52,637 nucleotides of DNA. Source: Chromera velia (Eukaryota). The stretch is from the NCBI GenBank assembly GCA_018398765.1, contig JAHBMJ010000250.1, positions 1 through 52,637 on the forward strand, given 5' to 3'. Shown here in pieces: positions 31,207-41,811 of the stretch. The translations under genes and the position numbers were made by a program. The notes beneath the pieces are model-generated. The model was not told where the DNA came from, made no database searches, and saw only the letters and a list, made by a program, of their open reading frames with translations. The number at the start of each line of letters is the position of its first letter. The first letter of the stretch is position 1.

Positions 31207-31871
31207 CGATCTGTCAAGTCAATTAATCAATAAGGTGGAAGGCCCGTCCGATCGATCAAACAGAGCGTCCAGAATCAAAAATTGCACGAAGAAGCAAAGC
31301 CTCTTTCGCCACAAAATACGGCCTTCGTTCGGGTTCTCTGGAAATAACGCAGCGCAGACAAAAACAACAAAATGTCCGGCGAGAACGGTGTTCAGAGTTC
31401 AGCTTCACTGCTGAGAGAAATTCCAGCCACAAAACGAGTGCGACACGAGAACTGTATGAGCGTACAGAGACTACGTCCTACTCTCATCGATGTCAAACAG
31501 AAGATGAAGCAAGATGGTGGACTCAGTCAGGAGGAATGGTCGAGCTAGGAGGCACAGAAATTGAGTTCGTGGAGACGGCTTAAAGACTGAGACGCGCGCC
31601 TGAACTTTTTTGGCCACGGCATGCATGCATGAGCTCTGAAAAATTTGCGCGCGTGGCCCCGGCCGGCCAGGACGATTGCTCGAATCAGACTGAGAACAAA
31701 TCATGCACTGATTACGGGGTGTCTTGAAATGTCTTGAACACCGTCTTGTCTGACCATTAAGGATACTGATCGAAGTTTGTACCCACCACGCTTTTGCTGT
31801 GTGCTTGAGTCCCTTGTCGCATCCCAATTTGGGCACCCTTTTTTTTATGGGCCTGTTCCCAGGAAGAAGGC
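31207..31871. promoter_or_regulatory. Putative bidirectional promoter and 5' UTRs between PRP8 and the RMI1-like gene
   Basis: 665 bp separate the divergent ATGs. The interval contains TGCATGCA (31622), GCGCGCG and GGCCCCGGCCGGCC (31655-31668). Confidence 0.6.
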
Positions 31872-33791
31872 ATGCAAGCGGAGGAGACGGCAAGTTTGGA
31901 GGGGTTTGCCGCAAGACTGTCTCAACGGCTTGACGCAGAGTCGGGGCTGAGAGTCAGAACAGATTGGTTACTGAACACTCTCAGGCAGCATGTGGGGCCA
32001 AGTGGCAGTCTGCCTCTAGAGCAGGCTCTGAATTTGTGCTTCAAACAGCTGCTCAAAGAGGACATCCGTCTCTGGTCTGAGGGCACCCTTCCTCTTGGCA
32101 TCAGCAACGAGAGTGTCGAGTGTGTTGTCCTAGAAGGCAGTCACATGCTTCAGGTAGACGCAGGTAGAAATATTGCGGAGTCAATACACTCGCAAAGGAA
32201 ACAGCTTGTCGACAATGAGACACAAACACTGAAGGCCTCCAAGCGCACCCTCAAACTGCAGCTCTCAGACGGCCACACCACACTCCCAGCCCTCGAGTAC
32301 CGATCCGTGCCCTGTATCCCTTTTCCCATTGCCTATGGCACAAAAATTCTCGTCTCTGCCTCCCCCGAGGTCCATCTAGGTCTTCTGCTCCTTCAGTCTG
32401 AAAACGTGCGTGTGGTATCAGAAGCCGCAGTAACAGCTGACGACATTGCAAGAGCAGTGTGCAAAGACCCTCCAGGAGACGGGGCAGCAGGAGCAGCTGC
32501 CGTCAATGCAGGAGGAATCCAACATGCCAACCCGCAGCACCCAGCACCAGACCCCAATGGAGGCCCCAGACCCCCTCCACCCCCTCCGGCCATAAACCGA
32601 GCACGCCCCCCTCCGCCTGTCCCCGCAAACGCAGTTCAAAGACCCCCTCCCTTCCCTCCGCCCACCTCATTTGCAGACCCCCCTTTCCCTTTCCCACCTT
32701 CCAATGGGCACCCCTCAAGGCTTCCCCGCCCTCCCGCAGAACCGTTGAGACCTCCTCCTGCAGCTGCTGCTGCTGCTGCCTCTACAGAGGTTTATGACTT
32801 TGACGATGACGACGATGACTTCGATTTGGTCGTTGAAGACTTCCATGCCAATCCGAATGGGCATGCGCCTGCGCATCAGGCAAGCTCTTCTTATGCCACC
32901 TTTCGGGGACCTCCGGTTCCCCTCTCTTCCTCGTCAGACCCTCTTGGATTCAACGCTGTCCCGGAAAGAGCACACGCCGGGGTCCCGGAAAGAGCACAGT
33001 CGGGCCCCTCACAGCCAGATGCTAAGAGGGCCCGACTGGAGCCCTCGTCCTTCTCTTCGTCCTCAGAAACTTTTGGAGGTGGGGGGGTTCCGTCGTCCTC
33101 TTCCCTGGCCTTTTCTTCTTTCACACAGTCGAATGGAGTGAGGGGGGCGGGAACGCAGGGCTTATCTCGGTCAAGCCAGCAAAGCATGCTGCAGAGGGAG
33201 GACAAAGCTGAGAAGGGGGAAGAATTTACAGATAATGTGGATTTGTGGCGGGTTTTCGTCGAGGCAGTGACGCCACAGTATGCTATGCGTATGGGAGCGT
33301 ATGGGTCAGATGACTGGACAGAGTCGCCCTCCAGTTCTCCCGGGATTTCTCTTAAATTGTCTCCTCTTTCTGACTGTGAGCGGCTGATTTTGTCGGTGGT
33401 TCGTTCGGCCTGCTCTGGTGGTGGAAGGAAGAATGTGTGGTGCAGCCCTGGTGTGCTGTTGGAAGCTTTTGGGCGTTTGGGGATCCGTGAGCAGACACCA
33501 GTCGCAGATGTACTGCCTAATTTGGAGAATTTTTGTGGGACCATATTTGTAAAGAAGAAGGAGCACAGAGATCAGTATGGAGATTCGGTCAGGGAAGATG
33601 GAGATGGAGGGTTGTATGAGATGGTGTCTTTTGGGGCTGTAGGCAAAGAGTCAGGGACAGGTTCTCAACAAGGGGGGACGGGCGCTTCGGGACGATTTGG
33701 AGAAGAAGAGAAAATTAGTTTTGAAAACACTCATTTTCTAAAAACAGTAGAAAATCTTTCAAGTGTTTTCAAACATGATACACAAGTTTGA
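31872..33791 (+). CDS. RMI1: RMI1/TDRD3-type N-terminal OB-fold protein (RecQ-mediated genome instability 1-like), intronless, 639 aa
   Basis: LEGSHMLQVDAGRNIAES…KRTLKLQLSDGHTTLPALEYRSVP…GTKILV…VHLGLLLLQSENVRVV fits the RMI1_N motif (R.L.L.LTDG…..EY……PG.K…..G.LLL…N..V). It is followed by a Pro-rich and acidic linker and a globular C-terminal part. No Tudor domain was seen. Confidence 0.75.
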   Translation: MQAEETASLEGFAARLSQRLDAESGLRVRTDWLLNTLRQHVGPSGSLPLEQALNLCFKQLLKEDIRLWSEGTLPLGISNESVECVVLEGSHMLQVDAGRNIAESIHSQRKQLVDNETQTLKASKRTLKLQLSDGHTTLPALEYRSVPCIPFPIAYGTKILVSASPEVHLGLLLLQSENVRVVSEAAVTADDIARAVCKDPPGDGAAGAAAVNAGGIQHANPQHPAPDPNGGPRPPPPPPAINRARPPPPVPANAVQRPPPFPPPTSFADPPFPFPPSNGHPSRLPRPPAEPLRPPPAAAAAAASTEVYDFDDDDDDFDLVVEDFHANPNGHAPAHQASSSYATFRGPPVPLSSSSDPLGFNAVPERAHAGVPERAQSGPSQPDAKRARLEPSSFSSSSETFGGGGVPSSSSLAFSSFTQSNGVRGAGTQGLSRSSQQSMLQREDKAEKGEEFTDNVDLWRVFVEAVTPQYAMRMGAYGSDDWTESPSSSPGISLKLSPLSDCERLILSVVRSACSGGGRKNVWCSPGVLLEAFGRLGIREQTPVADVLPNLENFCGTIFVKKKEHRDQYGDSVREDGDGGLYEMVSFGAVGKESGTGSQQGGTGASGRFGEEEKISFENTHFLKTVENLSSVFKHDTQV

Positions 33792-35435
33792 GCTCCAGTC
33801 TAACTCTCGGAAGCGGAAAAATATATAATGGTATTTGCAGTTCAATAGTATACAAATAATACAATAGTTAATTTGCATTGGGAGCTAGGCTTAGCTATTA
33901 TCTAAGCTATATGAATAATACATATATAAATTACTATAATTTATAATAGGAGGTTTTATCTATAGCCCTAGCTATAGCGCTACTAGCCTAACTAAACCTA
34001 GAACTAAATGTGTTAATTACGTTCTTCGGCTTTAATTGTTTACACTGGCAATTATATTCCATATTTTATAAAAATTAATTAAAACTATAAACGTTTGATT
34101 GAAGATTTTGATCTAGATTAAATTGGATGTCTCAAAAATTTAAATTGTGCGCATTCATTGGCCCCGCATTAAACTTTTGGGGGGCATTGACTTAAAGTTT
34201 ATTTCTAGCGTCTAGCCTGTTCTTCTTCCGCCTTTTCTTTCTGTCCTGTTTACTGTTCTCGCTGCTAGTTCTCTCGCTCGTGCGACCTCAAACTTGACTC
34301 TCCTCCTTCCGACTTCAGGATTTGCTAAGTACTTCTTATCCCTCTGTCATGACCAGCGCACTGCCTATTCCTCGTTCCTCCCATTTTTTGAACCATAAAT
34401 TTAAATTCAACTTATTCAAGTTTTATTCAATCATTGTTTTTGAATTAATACATACATCCATACTAGCATCTATACCTGTTTCCATACTGCTTCCAGCATA
34501 TATTCTAGTATGGGCTTTAGACTAACTGTGTGCCAGTGGTATCACGAGTTATATAAACGTCGTCAAGTTTGTATACACGGTATAACACACGGTAACTGTC
34601 ACGATTGTAAACACATACCCACAGGAAAAAAAAAATCAGGACCGGTATCGATTCATCCATCGACTTGCAATCAATTTCGGACTCAAAATAGCAGCCAGGG
34701 TAACAATTGTATGCACAGTGCACGTTCCTTCTGAAAACGAAAAAAAAGAAAAGGACGATTCGTTTTTGCCTTTTTAGAAAGATTTACAGAGGAGTTTTTC
34801 TTTATCCACGATTCAGTTCTGTTTGAGAACGGAAGAAGAATTCAAGAAGTACAGAAGAGTGAAGAAAAACAAAGACGAAAGGGGGAGATACCTCCCCGTT
34901 TCTGAAATCAACACCGTGGAAATGATTTCATCAGAAAGACACATGAACATCGAATCTGATCTTGTCCAATACGATTCCCATTCGATCAATTCATCGACCA
35001 TGCACGTGAGCATCCAGACATACAGAGATAGTTTCTCAGTGTCTGTACAACAAAAATTCCTTCTTCTACTAGCAGGAAAAACAAACACGGATTGGAAGAA
35101 TTTCCCATAGCGAGATCCTCCTTCCATGAATTACCATAAAACGTCATGATCCTATCTCACGAAACAGGCTCCTCGCACAGAATCATCCCCCTCAGACCTT
35201 TCATGCAACCACTCCATTTCACAAGGCTTCCTTTCTTCGAACTTCAGCCAAGTGAGTCATAACTCATTACACTCTCAGCTTTGTGCATGCATTATCAAAT
35301 TAGCACCCGACATGAGTAAAGACACCGAAGGACACCCCACGATGAGGGCAGTGTATCGACCTTGCAGCCACACGAAGTTTGACGGAGTCGATGGAAAAAA
35401 AGAGAAAAACATCCTTTGAGCGATCGATCGATCGA

Positions 35436-35694
35436 TCAGACAGAGTCAATGAGGCTGAAGCCTTGGTTGCGGCAGGTGCTTGCATACGCGTTGCTGCACG
35501 CCGTGTCAGACGCGAAGGTGTTGCAGAACGCGGTGACGGTGACGGGACCCGCAAAGACCTTGACAGGCCCACAAGAATGAATAGTTGCTCCGTCAGGAGT
35601 GCAGCCTGCAAGGGAATGCATGCGGCAGAAAGAAGGTCAACTAGATCACCAAGACAACACAAAGCTACACAGACAGCGAGGGCGAGAAAAGGTT

Positions 35695-35725
<31 letters not shown>

Positions 35726-35750
35726 GAGGGAGAGGGAGAGAGAAAGAGAA

Positions 35751-35798
<48 letters not shown>

Positions 35799-36372
35799 AG
35801 GGAGGGAGGGAGATTGCATAAGACGACAACGAAAGAGACCAGGTCTGAGCCTGGAAGGCCCAGAAGAATTTCAGGAAAATTCGATCATCGGGACTCCTAC
35901 ACGGGGACAGACCATACGCACAGTTCTTCTCCTTTCTCTGAAGAAGAAGCAGAATAAGGAATGGCAACAAATTGCAAAGCAGCTGTCGAGGCGGCCTCTA
36001 CTCACAATAGCAAGAGCAGCTCCTTGTCGAAGCACCAGGACCAATGGGGGCAACCTTGGGTTCCGTTCTCTGAAGCCTACGCAGGTTGCCGTGACCTTCC
36101 GTCACACTCTTGTCTGGGAAATCGACGTGGCCCTCCTCTGGCACGACGACATGTCCTTCTTCAGGGTGGTCAACATGACCTTCCTCTGGCACGACGACAT
36201 GTCCTTCTTCAGGGTGGTCAACATGACCTTCCTCTGGCAGCTCCACGTGACCTTCCTCGGGATGGTCAACGTGCCCCCCCTGCTTTGCGATGTCTGTAAC
36301 AGCCTCAGACACATCAATAGCTCCAGACACAGAAGAAACGAGGGAAAGAAGAAGAAAACCGACAATGCGCAT
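35436..36372 (-). CDS. Small secreted protein with His/Glu octapeptide repeats and a C-terminal 8-Cys domain (2 exons, about 178 aa)
   Basis: Exon 36372-36006: signal peptide MRIVGFLLLSLVSSVSGA, six PEEGHVxx repeats, NLRRLQ, and a GTGAGT donor. Exon 35605-35436 follows TTGCAG and joins in phase to give CSCYCCTPDG…CRNQGFSLIDSV*. The 3' end could have a further exon. Confidence 0.75.
36118..36275 (-). repeat. Coding 24-nt tandem repeat with 48-nt higher-order periodicity
   Basis: cctctggcacgacgacatgtccttcttcagggtggtcaacatgaccttc is repeated exactly; it encodes PEEGHVDH/PEEGHVVV. Confidence 0.9.
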
Positions 36373-36719
36373 CTCTATGGTCTTGAGAAACAGTCCGCGG
36401 GATGAACGATTTGAAAGACAGAGTCAAGCTTCCTTGGAGACACATTGAGCGTTGAACTGGATAGACGCGTTGGTTTGTCAAGATTTGCTTGGAGATGACT
36501 GAAGTTGCTGAGAAATGAATGTCACAATGATCACTTCCGAGTGGTGCATTCATACAGACACAGCACAGTTCCTGACCCAATCATGGCATTCTTGATTTTT
36601 TTCCTCACCTTTTGTCGACAAATTTCACCAAACTTGGAGATCTCTAAGCGCTCTGCCGTCTCGCCATGTCTCCGCGATGTCTCCGCGCGTCTGTGCTGAC
36701 GCACGCACCATGTATTGCG

Positions 36720-36795
36720 GAACCAAAAGGCCGCCGCGCGAGCTATATATAGGCCGCGGGGGCCGCCCCCGGCCCCGGCCAGGCTCATGCATGTA
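36720..36795. promoter_or_regulatory. Putative divergent core promoter: symmetric TATATATA box flanked by GC boxes
   Basis: gctatatatagg followed by ccgcgggggccgcccccggccccggcc and a CATGCATG element, midway between two divergent ATGs (36372 on -, 37028 on +). Confidence 0.5.
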
Positions 36796-37027
36796 CTTGG
36801 CCATTTTGACATCCACCTCTTGATCCAAGAAATCAGTTGAATTCAGTTCAAAGTTCAGAGATCGCAGTTGAGAGGTGTCAGCCTGTTGATTCTTTCTTTC
36901 TTTCTTCGAACTCCTCGGGGAGAGCAGCGAGGCTTTCGGCCGCCTCCAATCACAGACAAGAGTGAAAACACCCTGTTCAGACTGATACTGCGAACACTTT
37001 GACGTGCAGCTCTGATCCTCTGTCAAA

Positions 37028-38978
37028 ATGTCGGGTAAAAGGGTGGTAGACGGCTTTCCTCTCGTCAGTGCCTGCGTGATGCTGGTCCTTCTTTCTGTTG
37101 TGGGACAAGACATCATGCAAGGCAACAGGTCAGGAACGGACTTGCTGGCTTGGTGGGACACGAACAGTTCAATTTAGGCAAGCCGTCTCGTCAATTGTGC
37201 ATACAAGTGTCAATCCTAAGGACTCCTTTCCGGTGCTTTTCACATGGCATACATAGTCCTCCTTCCAATCTTGCATACCGGGGTGCTCATTCATACGCTT
37301 TTCTCTCTCTGTCTCTGTCTGCACATGCATGTACCTGTCCCATGCCGTCTCTGTCCGTCTCTTTCTTCGTCTATCTCTCTCTCCCTGTTCCGCCATTCTC
37401 CGCCTGTGTCCTTCAACTCATGTCCTTATCCTCCACACCGCCTCTTTGTGACTGTGACTCTGTCGCTAAGGATGTCACGCTCGCGTTAAGGTGGACGTCA
37501 AGGGTCGGAAGTCTTCATAATCAGTTCAGTCTTGCCTCCGACCTTCCTGCGTTCCTCATGTGGGACATTCGTACGTTGAGACTCCCTCTGCTCGGTGTGC
37601 ATTTGATCTCCGTCTATGTATGCATAATAGGTACTTATCTCTGTCCCATTGAACGTCTCTGAATGCGTCTGCGAGTGCAGCTGTTCCGAGGCAGCCACCC
37701 AACTAGGTCTCCCTGCCGACTGCACCTCCTGGAACGATGGGTGCAACACCTGCCACTGCAGTGAGGGGTACAGTCCTCTGTGCACTATGCGATTCTGCAT
37801 GTCAGTAAGTCCACCGTGTGTCTCCTTTCCTCTGGACGTTGTGTAAACTCGGGTTTTTATTTGAGTGCCCATTTTTTCTTTTGATTTGTTGGTCTTTCGT
37901 TTGCGACAGAGGACAGCGGAAAGAAGAGAATGAGGACGATTACAAAGCACAATTTTGAGAGACAGACTGAATGAATTCGCTCGTTGACCTCTCTGAAAAG
38001 CAAAGCACAAATTGGAGAGAACAGAATCCATTCTGTCACACTGCATGTAGTCCGGTCATGTGTGCACTTGGAGGGACTCAAATTGGTAACGCTCCCTCGG
38101 TGGAGTTCTTATTTTTGCCTCTCCTTCTCTGTCTGCATTGTATGATCATGGCTTGCTCGCGTTCGTCCGTGCGTGAAAAATCATTCGGGGGGATGACGCA
38201 CGCAAGAAAGAGGGGAGGTCATCAGGTGTTCGAAACGGAGATGTGCCTTCGGACCTTCTTTTCCCCTCGAATCTATGCTCTCTCTGTGTGTCGAAATTCT
38301 TCTTCATGACCTTCTTTCTGTTCTCACTTTCGTCCTTCCGCCGCCCATCCCCCTTGCCATGCCCCTTTTTTGTGCCGCTCACGGTCCCTGCTCTTCACTC
38401 TGCCTTTTCCTTTTCCTTTTCCTTTCACTCATCCTGCTGTTCTCTTCTCAACTCCGGATCCTCCTTCTTTCTTTGCTCATGTCCTCCCTCCCTCTCTTCC
38501 CTGCACCCATGCAAACATCACATGATGCATTCACGCATGACCACAGCCGTCAGGGAGAACCCAGCTGCTCTGCGTATGCCTCCGAGGGCTTGGGGGGACA
38601 GGCGGAGGGGACACTAACGTCCATAGAGGAAGCAGAAAACTCTCAAGTCGTCTCCGGCGTTCCTCAGGAAACAACAGAGGAGCAACAAGACGGGTGGGTG
38701 GGGGGGTGGGTGGGTGGGGGGAGCTGGGAAGGAAGAAAGGTAGGCTGAGAGAGAAGGTAGGCTGAGGGGTACGGATCGTCTCGCTCCTCTCTTTTGACTT
38801 CTTTGCAAAAGTCTGTTAGTCTGTATTTTGTTCATTTCCTTTCTTCGCTGCCTGCTTGCGACCTTCCTTCTTCCTCCCCTCTCTTTTCCTGTTTGTTTCC
38901 CTTGTGTCCCCGTTTTCATCTTTCTCTGTGTTTTTCCTCGCCCCTTTTTTTGGACTTTATGTTCGCCTCACTCTGGAG

Positions 38979-39015
<37 letters not shown>

Positions 39016-39316
39016 TGTGTGTGTCTGTCTCTGTCTTTGTCTTTGTCTCTGTCTCTGTCTCTGTCTCTCGCTTTCTCGCTTTCTCGCTTCGTGTTTGTGT
39101 GTGTGTATGTGTGTCTATGGGCTGGTTGATGCGTCCTTTTGCAGGTCTGTTGCTGCCCCCCGGCCCGCCCTTTCTCCAGCAGAGTCCACGAAAGAGACAG
39201 CAGAGAAGCAGTCCGAACCGTTGAGGGAACGGGGGCCGATGTACTGCTACACGAGGGAAAGGTGGTCGCCCCAGAAAAGACAATTCTGCTGTAGAACGTA
39301 CGGACTTGGATGCTGA
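37028..39316 (+). CDS. Small secreted Cys-rich protein with a pacifastin-like DGCNTC module (4 exons, about 179 aa)
   Basis: Exons 37028-37128, 37681-37800, 38547-38693 and 39145-39316 all join in phase 2 (540 nt). Hydrophobic N terminus (FPLVSACVMLVLLSVVG), then CTSWNDGCNTCHCSEGYSPLCTMRFCIRQGEPSC, and a C-terminal CYTRERWSPQKRQFCCRTYGLGC*. Confidence 0.75.
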
Positions 39317-41294
39317 TCCATCGAAAAGATGATTCTGACAGTCCAGTTCAATTACTGATCTACAAACCGATCGAAGGATTCGGCCATAAATGTTCCCCAG
39401 ACTGTTGATTGGATCTGGTTCAAGGGTGGTGGTTCGGTGTGTAGCACTGTGTGAGTGTCGTGTACTGCTGCTTGAACGCGTTTCACCTCAGCTTTGTCTT
39501 TAATGCTCGATGCGGTGTAATCTGACAGGGTGCAATCGTATCAAATTCATGCAAACCATGACTGGATTTGTGCATGTTTTGCATGCTTGCGCTCCGTGTG
39601 CTCAGGCATAGTTGTACCGTGATACCACAGGTACTTTTAATTGGGACAGTATCTTGGTCAATATGCGGCGGCTATCATGTGCCGGATTCCAACGTAACGG
39701 CTAGCTGTTACTGTTTGAAGTCGATCTGTTTCCTGGGGCCCGAATCCTGGGTTGTTACCCAAAATCTATATCTAGATCTATACGGTAGACTAATAATACC
39801 CCATTAAAGATTTTTGTTGTTTATTGACTACTAAATTGACTTTCTAGTTGACTATGTGTTTAACTTTACTAGCTAGCTAGCTAGCTAGTTTACTAGCAGT
39901 TCTAGTTCTTACCTAGGTTCTTACTCTCGAATCCCCCAGGGCCTCGCCGATCCGACTCTTAATAATGAGTCAATATATTCCGAGCCTTCGTGCGGAGAAG
40001 ATCCTTCTCCAAGTCGGAGCATTCGGGATACTCACCACCAAGGCACGTTGGGCTTTCGAGAACACCACCCCACGCATCGGAGCTTTGACCGGATTCGCTG
40101 CAGGGGTAGCTGCCTGCAGCAGTTTTTCTGCAACTATGCACAATATATAAACATATGTATGTAAGTATTCATATGGTTAGTACCGGTTCAATCGATGGCG
40201 CTCATACATACACTCAAAGACCCATATTCCCAGCAACCGCATGCATACACCCCACGACTGTGCTTGGATGAGATGAGATGACGTGGAATGCATGTACGTG
40301 GATCTTCACGAATCAACGCACCGTTGTTGTCTACGATGTCCTTCAGATCCATCACTATTAATTGCCAACCAAAGAATCTCCGCAGTGGTTAAGCAAATGA
40401 AGCAGGTAAATTAAGGAAGAAGGAGAAGTGAAAGGGTTACGTGACTGGAAACTGATAAGATTGGCCTCTAATCAATCGACTGCTTATCTTGAGATGCCTC
40501 TGTTTGATCGAAGCCTGTTTAAGCTTCGCTGGGTCGATCGGCAGGCCGCAACATCGTCATGCATGCACTTCTGGCCGGACCTTCATTCCTATACTTTCTC
40601 TTCGTTCCATCTCTCTATGCTATAGCCACCGACGTCTACGTACTTTCAAGCTCCACTTTGCCGTATTCTCAGAACACGACGTGCAGAGTTACACATATGA
40701 TGTTGCATGAATTCTCTTAGATGTTGCATGCATGCATGCCCTCCGTCTCCTGCGAAAGATCGCGCATGCGTGATCGCCTCGATCGGGAGGCGCAGCTCAG
40801 GACAGGCCTTTGCGGAGGCTAGCTAGGGGGGGGGGGTCCGGCCCGGGGAGGTAAAAGCTAGCAAAAGCCCCCCCCTGATCAACAAGAAAAAAAAAGTTTT
40901 AGGGGCCATTTTCCCTTAGAAAACAAATTTTTTTCCCAATAAGGATATATTTGGGATGATAAAAAACTTGTTTAGCTGTTTAGCTAAGTTCAGCCAATCA
41001 GTCCGAGTCAGCCAAACGGTCGTTTTTAGCTTAGTTTCAGCTAGAGTTTCAATACTAAATCTAGTGCTAAATCAATTTAACATCTCTGTAGCTACTAGCC
41101 TTAGAACTAAAAAATTTTAAGTTATAGCTGACAAATTATAGTGAGGAGATACCTAAGTAGCTAAGTATATTTTATAGCTCTAGCTCGAGAAACTATTGAG
41201 AAATGTTTTTGCCATCGTTTACTAGCGTTGCGTTTTGTCTCTCATTCTGCCTTCTATGTTTCTCTCGCACCCTCTGGTGCCATTTCTAGAGTAA

Positions 41295-41780
41295 TCATCC
41301 CTGCCAGCCATGCCCATTCATCCCCTGAACAGACGTCCGGACCGCTTGATGCCCATACTGCATGCGAGGACGCACCAGCTGTTGCTGCTGCCATTGGGTT
41401 GTCCCCTCTGTGGGCGTCTCCTGCTGATACCCCCGGTAAACGTACACTGGAAAGCCCCGGGCAACGCTGGACGCACTGGCTCCTTGCCCGATTCTTCCCT
41501 CTCCTTCTACTCCTGCTGGCACCAGACCGGGCGCAGGCCCCGACTCAGTACTACAGTGTCCGACCGCAGTCGCCCTAGCAGAGGACGAAGACGCAGCAGA
41601 GGCAGAGGAAGAGTTTGAGGGACCTTCCCGTTCAATTTCCCGATCCGGAGACGGGGGCACGGAGGCAAACAAGCACACTCCCTGAGAAGAGTGGGGGGCC
41701 TGACGGGAGGGGGGGTGTCCGTTTGCTCCTTTCCCTGAAGGAAAGTCTTGCGAGTCTGCAGAGAGAAGAGAAGAGGTGAG

Positions 41781-41811
<31 letters not shown>

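Noticed and set aside
34560..34625. VCIHGITHGNCHDC resembling CxHG…CxxC zinc-binding repeats
   Set aside because: It is a single short copy with no supporting gene structure.
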